Source: Campylobacterales bacterium
GTDB lineage: Bacteria > Campylobacterota > Campylobacteria > Campylobacterales > QNZT01
NCBI GenBank assembly: GCA_027084135.1
Contig: JALWLO010000074.1
Span: 1-47,230 of the forward strand
DNA: 47,230 nucleotides
Reading direction: 5' to 3'
Numbering within the stretch: the first letter of the stretch is position 1; every line of letters begins with the position of its first letter. Of this stretch, positions 1 to 10,062 are shown one piece after another. The position numbers and the translations under genes were made by a program. The notes under the pieces are model-generated. The model had not been told where the DNA came from. It worked only from the letters and a program-made list of their open reading frames with translations, and ran no database searches.

Positions 1-1
1 C

Positions 2-1129
2 CCAAAAGAGGAAGAGGGTGGATTAAATAGGGTTTTAAGGATAGATATTAACTCCTGGAGATATAGCAGTATCAAGACAAAAGGATCAAATCCACACTCG
101 ATCGATAGAGCCGGAGATAGTGATAGGTTTTATGTCAGAACGCAAGGGTCTAAAAGCTTTGATGTCGTAAATTTCAAGACTAGAGAAGTTAAAACCATAG
201 ATCTTTACGGTGATACACCAAGATCGATAGGTGCTACAAACCTAAAGTATCATATACAACTCCTACCTGCAAAATATCGCCCTTTGATATACATTATTGA
301 TACGGATAACGACAAGATCATAGGTAGAGTAGGAGATGACTTCAACTTCTACGAATCAACCGCAAACGGTCACACCGGATGGCTAGATAGTAAACACTTT
401 GTATTGGTCGATAGAGTCAATAAAAGGCTATCGGTATATGAAGTGATAGATCACGGCGAATCATTGGATTTTGAGAAGACTCAGACAATAGATATGCAAA
501 CTTCATATCACGGCATTATGAGAGTAGAAAATGTTAAAAATAGTGAAGATTTATATACATTTTACGGCATGGGCGAGGGAGATATTGAAGATGGTATTCC
601 TCCATTTGTTGTGAAATTCAAGTTTGACCCGACTCATGGAAAACTTAAAAAAGTGGCAAAAACATATCTTAGATTTAGTACTAAAAAAGTAAACGGTATC
701 ACCCCACAAACACATCACGCCGGTATCAGTCCAAACGGTGTAGAACTATTTGTACCAACTACCGATGGGAAGCTATATATATTGGATAGATTTTCTATGA
801 AGATCAAAAAGATCTTAAAAGTCGGGTTGGGAGCTGGTCATGTTTACTTCTCAAAGTCTAAAAATTTAGCGATAGTATCAAACCACGATGCACCGTTTGT
901 ATCTGTTATAGATTTGGATAGTTTTGAGCTTATTAAGAATATCAAAATCACTGATAAAAAGTTTGAGAAACACCAACTTCAACCTCATACATCATACATC
1001 AGTCGTACAGGCAGATACTTTTATACCTTTTCAACAGCCGATGGAGACTTTTTAAGGATCGATCTTGATAGATTGGAGGTCAAAGATAGACTCCATGTCG
1101 GAGGAGCTCCTGAACAGGGGCACAGCTAA
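2..1129 (+). CDS. YncE/YVTN-like beta-propeller protein, 5'-truncated by the window edge
   Basis: Frame is open from position 2 (PKEEEGGLNRVLRID...) into ORF 284..1129; repeated blade-like segments (IYIIDTDNDKII, LYILDRFSMKIKKILKVG, VSVIDLDSFELIKNI). Confidence 0.65.
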   Translation, partial: PKEEEGGLNRVLRIDINSWRYSSIKTKGSNPHSIDRAGDSDRFYVRTQGSKSFDVVNFKTREVKTIDLYGDTPRSIGATNLKYHIQLLPAKYRPLIYIIDTDNDKIIGRVGDDFNFYESTANGHTGWLDSKHFVLVDRVNKRLSVYEVIDHGESLDFEKTQTIDMQTSYHGIMRVENVKNSEDLYTFYGMGEGDIEDGIPPFVVKFKFDPTHGKLKKVAKTYLRFSTKKVNGITPQTHHAGISPNGVELFVPTTDGKLYILDRFSMKIKKILKVGLGAGHVYFSKSKNLAIVSNHDAPFVSVIDLDSFELIKNIKITDKKFEKHQLQPHTSYISRTGRYFYTFSTADGDFLRIDLDRLEVKDRLHVGGAPEQGHS

Positions 1130-1141
1130 GAGGATACTCTC

Positions 1142-2479
1142 TTAGCAGATAAAGTACTCTCCGTCAAAGCTAACGAGAGAGTAGTTTCTATCATGCCCTA
1201 AACTCTCCTTTAATCCTTCGATGGACAAAAAGGATAGACTATCCGCACCGATATACTCTCTTATCTCTTCATCACTCATGTTGGCACTGATAAGCTCTTC
1301 ATAACTTGGCGTATCTATACCGTATTTGCACGGGTGCTTGATCTGTGGAGAAGCTAGCTTCATATGCACCTCTTTGGCGCCGGCATCTTTGAGCATCTTC
1401 ACGATCTGCTTAGATGTCGTTCCTCTCACAAGTGAGTCATCTATGATCACCACCCTTTTGCCCTTGATTACCTCTTTGATGGGTGAGAGTTTAAGCCTTA
1501 CCTTGAGATCCCTCATCTCTTGGATCGGCTCTATAAAGGTTCTACCGACATAGTGATTTCGCACGATACCGTTCTCAAAAGGTATGCCGCTCTCTCTCGC
1601 ATACCCCAAAGCCGCCGCTACACCGCTATCTGGTACCGGGAGTACGATATCGGCTTCGACAGGATTTTCTTGTGCGAGTCTTTTTCCCATCTCCAGTCTT
1701 TTTTCATAAACATTTTTACCGTCTATCACGCTATCGGGTCTTGCAAAGTAGATATACTCAAAGGCACAGGGTCTGGGTTCACTCTCATATAGTTGGATAG
1801 ACTCCGGTTCCTTACCCTTCTCAAATATCAGCATCTCACCCGGTCTTACATCTCGTACAAAATCAGCTCCGACAAGATCAAAGGCACAAGTCTCGCTCGC
1901 TACGATATATCCGCCGTTTGGAAATTTTCCAAGAGACAAAGGTCTAACCCCATATTTATCTCGTATAGCAAACATCTTTTTTCTACTCTGTATCACAAAG
2001 CAGTAGGCACCCTTGATATCCTCTAGTGCCTCTATGATCCGCTCTTGAAGGGTCGGCTTTTGGCTTCGTGCGATAAGATGGATGAGATTTTCGGTATCCA
2101 TCTCCGACTGGAAAATGGCACCCTCATTGATAAGTTTTTCTCTTATCTCATTTTTATTGATGAGATTTCCGTTATGGGCGATAGAAATTTGACCAAGTTT
2201 ATAGTTTGCCATGATAGGCTGAGCATCTACTACCGATTTGCTACCAGCCGTTGAGTATCTATTGTGTCCTATCGCCATAGAGCCTTTGAGATAATCAAAG
2301 TTCTCCTCATCCATAAAGACTTCAGTTACAAGCCCTTTTCTCTTTCTCGTTCTGATCGTACTACCGTCACTTGCACTGATACCGGTTGCCTCTTGACCGC
2401 GATGCTGCATCGCAAAAAGCGCATAATATGCCACTTTGGAAGCATTTTTTACATTAAATACACCCACTACCGCGCACAT
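1142..2479 (-). CDS. purF: amidophosphoribosyltransferase
   Basis: N-terminal catalytic Cys, QHRGQEA, GHNRYST, CAFEYIYFARPDS, PRPP motif VIIDDSLVRGTT. Confidence 0.98.
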   Translation of the reverse strand: MCAVVGVFNVKNASKVAYYALFAMQHRGQEATGISASDGSTIRTRKRKGLVTEVFMDEENFDYLKGSMAIGHNRYSTAGSKSVVDAQPIMANYKLGQISIAHNGNLINKNEIREKLINEGAIFQSEMDTENLIHLIARSQKPTLQERIIEALEDIKGAYCFVIQSRKKMFAIRDKYGVRPLSLGKFPNGGYIVASETCAFDLVGADFVRDVRPGEMLIFEKGKEPESIQLYESEPRPCAFEYIYFARPDSVIDGKNVYEKRLEMGKRLAQENPVEADIVLPVPDSGVAAALGYARESGIPFENGIVRNHYVGRTFIEPIQEMRDLKVRLKLSPIKEVIKGKRVVIIDDSLVRGTTSKQIVKMLKDAGAKEVHMKLASPQIKHPCKYGIDTPSYEELISANMSDEEIREYIGADSLSFLSIEGLKESLGHDRNYSLVSFDGEYFIC

Positions 2480-2480
2480 C

Positions 2481-3248
2481 TTAAAGTCCTAAACAGTCTG
2501 TAATATTATAGAGTCCGCTATTTTGAGAGACAAGCCATTTGGCAGCTTTTATCGCGCCCTTCGCAAAGGTATCTCTACTTGTTGCGGTGTGATTTAACTC
2601 GATAAACTCTCCGTCATTGTAAAAGCCGACCGTATGCCTCCCTACGATATCTCCGCCTCGTAGAGCCATCACCGCTATCTCATCCTTGCTTCTCTCTCCG
2701 ATGTTGCCGTCTCTTCCGCTCACTCTCACTTTATCCAGTTCAAGCCCCCTCGCTTTTGCGACATGCTCCGCAAGGGTGAGAGCCGTACCGCTTGGCGCAT
2801 CTTTTTTATATCTATGGTGCATCTCCACGATCTCCGCGTCAAAATCATTCAGCGCTTTTGATGCGATGGATGCCAATTTATTTAAGATCGCCACTCCTAA
2901 AGACATATTGGTCGCATAGAGTATCGGCATCTCTTTGGAAGCGGTTGCCATCAAATTCATCTGATGCGCGCTCAAACCGGTCGTACCGATCACTAAAGGG
3001 GTTGGATTTTTCAGCGCCCCCTCCAAAAGCGCTTCAGTGCCGTCCGGTAGTGTAAAATCTATCACTACCTCACTCTGTTCAAGCATCACATCCACACTGT
3101 TTGTGACCACTATCCCCTCATCTATAGGAAAATCTATCTTCTCTATAGCATGCGCAACACTTACCTTTGCTAGTTCATCATTTTTTAGATTTTCGAGCAA
3201 TAACCTACCGACTCTACCTGTTGAACCGTGTACACCTACTTGTATCAT
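2481..3248 (-). CDS. dapB: 4-hydroxy-tetrahydrodipicolinate reductase
   Basis: [28 protein letters not shown]. Confidence 0.97.
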   Translation of the reverse strand: MIQVGVHGSTGRVGRLLLENLKNDELAKVSVAHAIEKIDFPIDEGIVVTNSVDVMLEQSEVVIDFTLPDGTEALLEGALKNPTPLVIGTTGLSAHQMNLMATASKEMPILYATNMSLGVAILNKLASIASKALNDFDAEIVEMHHRYKKDAPSGTALTLAEHVAKARGLELDKVRVSGRDGNIGERSKDEIAVMALRGGDIVGRHTVGFYNDGEFIELNHTATSRDTFAKGAIKAAKWLVSQNSGLYNITDCLGL

Positions 3249-3256
3249 CCCCGTCC

Positions 3257-4183
3257 TTAATGTGATTTTGCTACAACTTGAAGTGCCGCTATCGCCCCAT
3301 CACTTGCGGCACAAACCACCTGTTTCGGTGCCTCTATGCGTATATCTCCCGCCGCATATAAGCCCTCGACAGAGGTATTCATCGATAGATCGACTATCAC
3401 CTCTCCCCACTCATTTACCTCGCACAAGAAGCTACCGTCCTCCTGTTTGAGTACTTGATTTTGCACATCCATACCTACAAAGATAAAGACTCCGGGTACC
3501 TCTATGTGCCTCTTGGTACCCTCTTTGGAGATGATATCCACACCGGTAACTCCACTCTCATCACCCAATATCTCATCCACTACGCTATTTAGTACTAACT
3601 CTATTTTGCTATTTGCTTTTACTCTCTCAACCGTATGCGGTGAAGCTCTAAAGCTATCTCTCCTGTGTACCAGATAGACTTTTGAGCAGATATTTGCCAG
3701 ATAGAGAGCCTCCTCCAGTGCGGTATCACCTCCGCCTATCACCACAACTTCTCTATCTTTATAGAAAAATCCGTCGCAAGTAGCGCAGTTGCTTACCCCT
3801 CTTCCATAGTAGGTATCTTCCCCTTTGATACCCGCTCTTTTTGGTTTGCTTCCGGTAGCGACGATCACACTTTTTGCTTCTATTTTGTCGCCGCTCGCTA
3901 AGTGAAGTAAAAAGTGCTCACCCTCTTTGGAAACTCGTTTTACTTCACTCATCTCATGCTTCAAACCAAAACGCATACACTGCTTTGGCCAAGGCTCCAT
4001 CAGTTCCATACCCGTTAAGGGCGCTTCAAAACCGGGATAGTTCTCAATCTCCGAACTTTGTGTGATCTGACCGCCCGGAAGCCCCATCTCATACATCACT
4101 ACATCTTTTAAACCGCCTCTTGTGGCATAAAGCCCTGCTGTGAGTCCTGCCGGTCCTCCGCCGATGATCGCTAAATCAAGCAT
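3257..4183 (-). CDS. trxB: thioredoxin reductase
   Basis: [26 protein letters not shown]. Confidence 0.97.
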   Translation of the reverse strand: MLDLAIIGGGPAGLTAGLYATRGGLKDVVMYEMGLPGGQITQSSEIENYPGFEAPLTGMELMEPWPKQCMRFGLKHEMSEVKRVSKEGEHFLLHLASGDKIEAKSVIVATGSKPKRAGIKGEDTYYGRGVSNCATCDGFFYKDREVVVIGGGDTALEEALYLANICSKVYLVHRRDSFRASPHTVERVKANSKIELVLNSVVDEILGDESGVTGVDIISKEGTKRHIEVPGVFIFVGMDVQNQVLKQEDGSFLCEVNEWGEVIVDLSMNTSVEGLYAAGDIRIEAPKQVVCAASDGAIAALQVVAKSH

Positions 4184-4194
4184 CTCTTCTCCCC

Positions 4195-4635
4195 TTAATC
4201 GATAGTATAAACTTTCGTATCCTGTTTATAAAGTTTTCCTTTCACACGCTTTATCACAAAAACAGAAGGAACTTCATAGATATTAAATCGCTGGATAAAT
4301 TTCAATAGTGTATTCATACCTGATGATATCGGTATGATACTATCTTCTTGTTTAAATCTCTTTTGATAGAGATCGATCGCTATGATGGGGTGCTCTCTCT
4401 TCACTTTTTTTAAAATATCTTGTAGATTTTGCATATTTGAGCTATACACTATCACCGTATAGATCTCCTCTTTCGGTTCAAAGATATCACTCTTGGTATA
4501 AAAGATATGCTCTTTAAAATCAAAAAATTTATACTCTGAAAATTTATAGTTGTAGTATGCAAAGGCTCCTGCGATCATAGCGGCACCGAAAAAGGAGGAA
4601 AATAGAAGCGTTAATGGAGATCGTTTTCGTTTCAT
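4195..4635 (-). CDS. membrane-anchored hypothetical protein between trxA and trxB (possibly Cys-less thioredoxin-like fold)
   Basis: N-terminal hydrophobic helix; [12 protein letters not shown] resembles the thioredoxin cis-Pro strand; operonic spacing. Confidence 0.6.
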   Translation of the reverse strand: MKRKRSPLTLLFSSFFGAAMIAGAFAYYNYKFSEYKFFDFKEHIFYTKSDIFEPKEEIYTVIVYSSNMQNLQDILKKVKREHPIIAIDLYQKRFKQEDSIIPISSGMNTLLKFIQRFNIYEVPSVFVIKRVKGKLYKQDTKVYTID

Positions 4636-4645
4636 CTAAAAAACA

Positions 4646-4663
4646 AGGGGCAAAGAACCCCTT
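4646..4663 (-). terminator. hairpin downstream of trxA
   Basis: AAGGGG-CAAAGAA-CCCCTT; on the minus strand followed by GTTTTTT. Confidence 0.5.
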
Positions 4664-4673
4664 AGTACTACCG

Positions 4674-4991
4674 TTACAGTAGTGAGTCTAATTTATCAGC
4701 AAGAACATCTTTTCCCGCTGCACCTATCATCTGATCGACAAGCTCACCATCTTTGAAAAAGAGAAGAGTCGGTATAGATCTGATTCCATACTGGATAGCA
4801 ATATCTTGCTCCTCATCCGTATTGACTTTTGCGATGGTCGCTTTACCGTCAAAATCCTCTGCCAACTCCTCTATGATAGGAGCTATCATCCTACAAGGTC
4901 CACACCATGGAGCCCAAAAGTCTACAAGTGTGACACCCTTTTTTATCGTCTCATCAAAATTACTGCTATTTAATTCAACATATTTTGCCAT
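4674..4991 (-). CDS. trxA: thioredoxin (105 aa; start moved to MAKYVEL)
   Basis: WCGPC active site; GGAG RBS upstream of ATG at 4991. Confidence 0.97.
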   Translation of the reverse strand: MAKYVELNSSNFDETIKKGVTLVDFWAPWCGPCRMIAPIIEELAEDFDGKATIAKVNTDEEQDIAIQYGIRSIPTLLFFKDGELVDQMIGAAGKDVLADKLDSLL

Positions 4992-5096
4992 AGTATCTCC
5001 AAATTCATTATTTTCACTATTCACCATTTGTGAACATGGTATTATACCCAAACTTGATTAATACAATATTAATATATTTTTTAAGCTAGTACTAAG

Positions 5097-6302
5097 CTAA
5101 TGAATAACCGCCTCGATCCTTCTATTTTGCTCTCTTCCTTCAGGTGTATCGTTCGATGCGATTGGGTTTAAGTCTCCCTTTCCTATCGCTTTGATCCTCG
5201 AGGCTTTGATGCCGTAGCTTATCAGCAACTCTTTCACGCTTTGTGCTCTTCTTTGGGATAGATAGAGGTTTTTATCAGGATTTCCGGAGCTATCTGTATA
5301 TCCGACTATATCCACTTTTGCATTTGGATACTTTTTGAGAAAAGCGGCGAACTCTCTTATCTTCCATTGCTGATCAATCGGTACGGTAGCGCTATTTACC
5401 TCAAATCTTATCTGAAGATTTTTTTTAACCGGACAGCCTATCTCATTTACACTAAACCCTTTGGGTGTATTTGGGCACTCATCTTCACTATCATTTACCC
5501 CATCTCCGTCACTATCCAAACTTCTTCTCTTTTTGACTACCCTTTTTGGCTTTATCTTCTCTTCCAAAACTTTCACATCCCTTTTGGTGATCACCGGACA
5601 ACCGCTCGCATCCACACCTACATTTGGAGGGGTATTGGGACAGTTGTCGATACGATCCGGGATACTATCTCCGTCACTATCCATCTCTACTTGTACCGTG
5701 ATCGGACAACCTCTAGCATCAACTCTCGCTCCTAGAGGCGTTCTGGGACACTCATCGTTATAGTCAGCTACCCCGTCTCCGTCACTATCCACCGGAGCAC
5801 TATAGGTCGCCCCTAGAGGCATGGACAAACCGACAAAAAGAGCCGTCTCTCCATCTTGACCCTCGCCCGTTAAAAGATAGATACCTCTAAACTCTCCAAA
5901 AATATTGAGATCCTTGGTGATAGGATAGTAGGCACCGATACCGCCGTCGATAAAAAATTGGCTATCAAAATTTTTTCGAGAATTGAACACATGCTCATAT
6001 CCGCCACCTGCGAAGAGATAGGGAGTTAGTTCATAATTTGAAATGTAGTCGTAAACACCGTCTATATTAAATTGCAGTAGCCCGTCAACACTCTCCCCCT
6101 TTTTATCTATACTGATATAGCCCAACTCCACTCTTGGAGATATCGCTTGTCCGTTATCGAGCTTCAAGCCAAAGACAAATGAGTTCTGATCAAAATCTGA
6201 CCCTGCTCCTAGAGATGTCAAGCCATACTTAAAAGAGGCGACATTCGCTCCAAAGAGGCTAGTGAGAGAAAGAAGCAGAAGTGCGGATAATCTTTTTAAC
6301 AT
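5097..6302 (-). CDS. OmpA/OprF/CadF-type outer-membrane protein with thrombospondin type-3 repeats
   Basis: Signal peptide MLKRLSALLLL; beta-barrel region; three DSDGDG...CP repeats; C-terminal OmpA domain (GYTDSSG, LSQRRA, NRRIE). Confidence 0.9.
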   Translation of the reverse strand: MLKRLSALLLLSLTSLFGANVASFKYGLTSLGAGSDFDQNSFVFGLKLDNGQAISPRVELGYISIDKKGESVDGLLQFNIDGVYDYISNYELTPYLFAGGGYEHVFNSRKNFDSQFFIDGGIGAYYPITKDLNIFGEFRGIYLLTGEGQDGETALFVGLSMPLGATYSAPVDSDGDGVADYNDECPRTPLGARVDARGCPITVQVEMDSDGDSIPDRIDNCPNTPPNVGVDASGCPVITKRDVKVLEEKIKPKRVVKKRRSLDSDGDGVNDSEDECPNTPKGFSVNEIGCPVKKNLQIRFEVNSATVPIDQQWKIREFAAFLKKYPNAKVDIVGYTDSSGNPDKNLYLSQRRAQSVKELLISYGIKASRIKAIGKGDLNPIASNDTPEGREQNRRIEAVIH

Positions 6303-6406
6303 ATCAGATCCTTTTACAAACCCAAATTTGAGTTGAGTCATCTTGCACTATTTTAACATTTTTGTATTAATATTGAAGTATCGAAATTTATTTAAGGAGT
6401 CTCTAG

Positions 6407-6841
6407 ATGATAAATCTTTTAAAATACCTTTTCCTGCTAATCCTCTTGAATACCACCCTATCGTCTAAATCGCTCGACAAAAGATCACTCGCTTTGGAGA
6501 TGTTAAATACAATGAATAAAAACGGCTATGTTCAAAAGATGATGGATGGGGAGATCTACCAAAGGGTTTCACAAAACCCTCTCCTTGCGGCAAATAGCAA
6601 AAAGGTGATCCGAGTGCTCAAAAAGCATCTCTCATTTAACAAACTCAAACCAAAACTTGCAGCCTACTATGCCAAAGAGCTTAGTACTAACGAGATAAGG
6701 GCATTTACAAAGTTTTGCGCTACAAAAGAGGGGCAGAAGATACTGCTTAAGTTTCCAAAGCTGATCAACATAGGTTCAAAACTCGCGGAGATAGAGCTAC
6801 AAAAGCACTATAAAGAGCTTATCAGTGAAGTGATGAAGTAG
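6407..6841 (+). CDS. exported protein, DUF2059-like
   Basis: Signal peptide; YAKELSTNEIRAFTKFCATKEGQKIL matches the DUF2059 pattern; AAGGAG RBS. Confidence 0.7.
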   Translation: MINLLKYLFLLILLNTTLSSKSLDKRSLALEMLNTMNKNGYVQKMMDGEIYQRVSQNPLLAANSKKVIRVLKKHLSFNKLKPKLAAYYAKELSTNEIRAFTKFCATKEGQKILLKFPKLINIGSKLAEIELQKHYKELISEVMK

Positions 6842-6843
6842 GG

Positions 6844-6996
6844 CTACTTCGCGATAAAGTTTTTACAACCCTTCTCTTTAGTTCCACCGAAGGTTTTCAC
6901 CTCCTTCGCCTCACCGCTTCTTGCTCTCTCATTTCTTTTACACTCATCCTTTTTGATACACTCTTGATTGTTACATCCGATATGTTCAGGTTGCAT
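6844..6996 (-). CDS. unannotated 50-aa protein with four Cys
   Basis: MQPEHIGCNNQECIKKDECKRNERARSGEAKEVKTFGGTKEKGCKNFIAK*; TAAGGAG RBS; below the ORF-track length cutoff. Confidence 0.75.
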   Translation of the reverse strand: MQPEHIGCNNQECIKKDECKRNERARSGEAKEVKTFGGTKEKGCKNFIAK

Positions 6997-7017
6997 AATG
7001 ACTCCTTAAGTTTTTTA

Positions 7018-7434
7018 TTATAGCGTTCTTACGATTTCAAGATCTTTAGATATGAAATTTTTGTCGTTTGTTACGATAATATCTGCATCTATTTCTTTGG
7101 CACATACATACTGCATCGCATCCTCATAGTCGATACATATACCATTTACACATAGATCCAACGCTTTTCGGGAAATATCTTCATCAATTGCCACAACCGT
7201 AAAGATATCATGTATAAAATAGATCTTTTCTAAAGCCTCCTTAAAAGAGAAGTCGGCTCTATATTTTAGAATATAAAAAAGAGTCGATAAACTATCGCTA
7301 TTGATATACAACTCACTACTAGCCATATATTTTTGAATTGTACTTAAGCTTACTTTATGCGCCTCTCTTTTGATATCGCATATATCTATGATGATATTTG
7401 TGTCAACATATACATTGTTGATGCTATTGGGCAC
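7018..7434 (-). CDS. PIN-domain (VapC-like) toxin
   Basis: VYVDTNIIID, DYEDAMQ, IVTNDKNF; overlaps the upstream small gene. Confidence 0.88.
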   Translation of the reverse strand: MPNSINNVYVDTNIIIDICDIKREAHKVSLSTIQKYMASSELYINSDSLSTLFYILKYRADFSFKEALEKIYFIHDIFTVVAIDEDISRKALDLCVNGICIDYEDAMQYVCAKEIDADIIVTNDKNFISKDLEIVRTL

Positions 7435-7672
7435 TATTTAATGCCTTTTCTATCCTGATTTGTCTGACATCAACATCGACTAAACTACCGGGTGGAACAC
7501 AGCCGACCAATTGCTCCAGCGCTTCAATGCGTTTTTTTCTTTTTCTCTCACGCTTCAATGCTTCTACTGCCTGTTTAACAGTTTCAGTTTGGGTGATTCC
7601 CTCCTCTTTAGCAATATCTTCAATAGTTTGTGCCGTTTCATTATCAAAGATAAAGTTTTTGCGCACGGTCAT
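7424..7672 (-). CDS. putative antitoxin (ribbon-helix-helix/CopG-like) of the PIN toxin
   Basis: RKNFIFD beta strand followed by helices (IAKEEGITQTETVKQAV); upstream of and overlapping the PIN gene; start moved to MTVRKN. Confidence 0.75.
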   Translation of the reverse strand: MTVRKNFIFDNETAQTIEDIAKEEGITQTETVKQAVEALKRERKRKKRIEALEQLVGCVPPGSLVDVDVRQIRIEKALNSAQ

Positions 7673-7688
7673 AACATATCCTTCATGC

Positions 7689-7726
7689 ATATATTATTTA
7701 TGTATTATACCATAAACATAATATAT
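7689..7726 (-). promoter_or_regulatory. TA promoter with an inverted repeat flanking the -10 box (likely autoregulatory operator)
   Basis: ATATATTATTTATG...CATAAACATAATATAT arms around TGGTATAAT on the minus strand. Confidence 0.5.
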
Positions 7727-7809
7727 TTTGCAAATAGATTTGAACCTCAGAAAAATACTATTAACCATCAACAATACCATGGAAAAAATACTAATTTTAA
7801 CTTTGAAAG

Positions 7810-7899
7810 TGGCCGGGAGAGGGGGATTCGAACCCCCGGAGGCTGTTAACCTCAACGGTTTTCAAGACCGCCGCATTCGACCAGCTCTGCCATCTCCCG
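7810..7899 (-). tRNA. tRNA-Ser (TGA)
   Basis: Cloverleaf with long variable arm; anticodon loop CT-TGA-AA; GTTCGAATC; encoded CCA. Confidence 0.97.
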
Positions 7900-8001
7900 A
7901 AGTAGATGAAGTATATCTAAAAACTCTCGACCTTTTTGGTCGTAGCTTTATAGTGACTGAAAAACTATGAGGCTTTGCCTTATAGTTTTGAGACATTTAA
8001 A

Positions 8002-8076
8002 TGGAGGCGACACCCGGATTCGAACCGGGGATCAGGGCTTTGCAGGCCCGTGCCTTAGCCACTTGGCTATGTCGCC
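8002..8076 (-). tRNA. tRNA-Cys (GCA)
   Basis: GGCGACA acceptor; loop CT-GCA-AA; T discriminator plus CCA. Confidence 0.97.
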
Positions 8077-8109
8077 GGCTTGGTCACCTCGCATTGCATT
8101 GCTTGATGG

Positions 8110-8197
8110 TGGTGCCCGAGGCCGGACTTGAACCGGCACAGCTGCAATAGCCGGGGGATTTTAAGTCCCCTGTGTCTACCAATTCCACCACCCGGGC
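8110..8197 (-). tRNA. tRNA-Leu (TAA)
   Basis: Loop CT-TAA-AA; long variable arm; ACCA end. Confidence 0.97.
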
Positions 8198-8241
8198 TTA
8201 ATAGACACCACTTATTATCTATCAAATTTCATTCTCTAAAA

Positions 8242-8316
8242 TGGAGCGGGAAACGAGGATCGAACTCGCGGCCCCGACCTTGGCAAGGTCGTGCTCTACC
8301 ACTGAGCTATTCCCGC
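8242..8316 (-). tRNA. tRNA-Gly (GCC)
   Basis: GCGGGAA acceptor; loop TT-GCC-AA; TCCA end; first gene of the Gly-Leu-Cys-Ser cluster. Confidence 0.97.
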
Positions 8317-8394
8317 ATCTATTTAAAGAGACGAGATTATATCAAATTTTTTTTTAAATGTAAAGATTTTTGCCAAGAAATGTTATCATTTTAT

Positions 8395-9324
8395 ATGAAA
8401 AAAATTGCCCTTTTGCTTTTTATCACGCTTTTACCTCTACTTGGCGAAAATAGCTTGATATCTAAACTGGATCGTTTTAGAGGAGAGTGCTGCAACTGGT
8501 ACTATAAGACTTTACAAAATATTGACGCTTATTTTGGAAAAACATCACAAAGCGAATATCAAACGATTTTAGAAAAAAACAGCATCAAAATCGTACTCTC
8601 GAACAGATATAGTACGATTGAAAAGTATAAACCCTATATCTATTTTAAAACCAACATTACACTCCCAAATATCAACAAAAGACTCGAGATGAGTATCAAC
8701 CGACAAAACCGAAGAAGTTACCAAAATAGATCATTTAGTACTAACGAAAATCAAAACCTGAGAGATCAAGACCTCCACTTCGGGCTTGGATATCGTTTTT
8801 TCAAGAAAAACGATCTAACCCTCAAACTCAAAGTCGCCACCCACATCGCAAAACCGCACCATATTTATCTGCGACTTAGCACCTCAAAGGACGTCGATTT
8901 TGAGAAAGGATCGGCACTCTTTGAAAGTCGTATCTATAAGTATCTATTTCAAAATCGTCTAATAGTATCAAACTCTATGAACTTTACCAGATATCTCTCT
9001 CCCCATTTTAGACTCTTTTTTGACAATAGCCTAAACTGGAAAAACGAGGATATCAACTGGGAGTATGATCACTCTTTAGAGCTGATACAAAAAGTATCGA
9101 CAAGAGATATACTCAATTACGATCTCTCTTATGGAGCCGATAATCTAAAAGGTCTCTATACAAGAAAGTATAACTCACTCAAATTTGGGCTTAAACACTT
9201 CTTTAGAGAGTGGCTCTATATTGAGCCCTCTATCCGGTTCTTACATAGCAGAGAGCATGATTTTGCAAATGAGAGGGTTTATCGATTTGATATCGGTTTT
9301 GTCGTCTCCAGATATAGGCGTTAA
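8395..9324 (+). CDS. exported hypothetical protein, probable outer-membrane beta-barrel
   Basis: Signal peptide MKKIALLLF at 8395; amphipathic aromatic-rich strands; the ORF-track extension to 8128 overlaps tRNAs. Confidence 0.6.
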   Translation: MKKIALLLFITLLPLLGENSLISKLDRFRGECCNWYYKTLQNIDAYFGKTSQSEYQTILEKNSIKIVLSNRYSTIEKYKPYIYFKTNITLPNINKRLEMSINRQNRRSYQNRSFSTNENQNLRDQDLHFGLGYRFFKKNDLTLKLKVATHIAKPHHIYLRLSTSKDVDFEKGSALFESRIYKYLFQNRLIVSNSMNFTRYLSPHFRLFFDNSLNWKNEDINWEYDHSLELIQKVSTRDILNYDLSYGADNLKGLYTRKYNSLKFGLKHFFREWLYIEPSIRFLHSREHDFANERVYRFDIGFVVSRYRR

Positions 9325-9584
9325 AGAATAATTTTTACGCAATCCTCCTTTTTAAACTGCTCAAAAAGCCCTACCCTATCCTCATCGCTATGCACCAATA
9401 GAGTGACTTTGTAGCTGATATAGTTTTTATCTTTGCTGTGTCTAGGCTCACCTATGGTATAGAGTCTGTCACCGACAACATTTTTGACAATATGCTCTAT
9501 CTTGCAGTGAGCGTTTATGATCACCTTATAGTTCCAGTTGCACGGATACTCAAGCTCTAGCTTTTTACCCTCTAATGTATTCAC
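9321..9584 (-). CDS. DUF493/YbeD (HP0495-like) protein
   Basis: [23 protein letters not shown]; probable GTG start at 9584. Confidence 0.8.
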   Translation of the reverse strand: MNTLEGKKLELEYPCNWNYKVIINAHCKIEHIVKNVVGDRLYTIGEPRHSKDKNYISYKVTLLVHSDEDRVGLFEQFKKEDCVKIIL

Positions 9585-10044
9585 CGCTCTTTCCTCCACT
9601 CTTTTTCTCTAGTCTCACATCGGAGATCTCCATCGATTTATCTATCGCTTTTGCCATATCGTAAATCGTGAGCAACCCTATACTCACTCCCGTTAACGCC
9701 TCCATCTCAACCCCCGTTTTGCCTGTAAGTTTTGCTGTTACAAAGAGCTTGAAACCGGGAAGTTCAGGTATCTCCTCTATATCGCACTTGATGGAGGTGA
9801 GCATCAGCGGATGACACATAGGAATAAGGGAGCTTGTCTGCTTCGCCCCCATGATAGCCGCGATAACGGCGGTTTGAAGTACCGGTCCTTTTTTGGTTCT
9901 ATTTTCTATGATCATCTCATACGCCTCTTGGCTCATCTTTATCACACCGCTTGCCACCGCCTCTCTTTGGGTATCGTTTTTATCCCCTACATCTACCATT
10001 TTTGGTCTATCGTTTTCGTCTAGATGTGTTAATCTCACACTCAT
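9565..10044 (-). CDS. moaC: cyclic pyranopterin monophosphate synthase
   Basis: LTHLD...[29 protein letters not shown]. Confidence 0.97.
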   Translation of the reverse strand: MSVRLTHLDENDRPKMVDVGDKNDTQREAVASGVIKMSQEAYEMIIENRTKKGPVLQTAVIAAIMGAKQTSSLIPMCHPLMLTSIKCDIEEIPELPGFKLFVTAKLTGKTGVEMEALTGVSIGLLTIYDMAKAIDKSMEISDVRLEKKSGGKSGEYIRG

Positions 10045-10062
10045 CTCCCAAATTTATCGATA

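Noticed and set aside
2-1129. Nitrite reductase NirS or NosZ
   Set aside because: Only generic propeller features are visible; no CxxCH or CuA motif in the visible part and no nir/nos context
7018-7810. Integrated island at tRNA-Ser
   Set aside because: No integrase and no duplicated tRNA 3' end found; only a TA pair
7728-8394. ORF 7728..7970 and the N-terminal extension of ORF 8128..9324
   Set aside because: Antisense readings of tRNA genes
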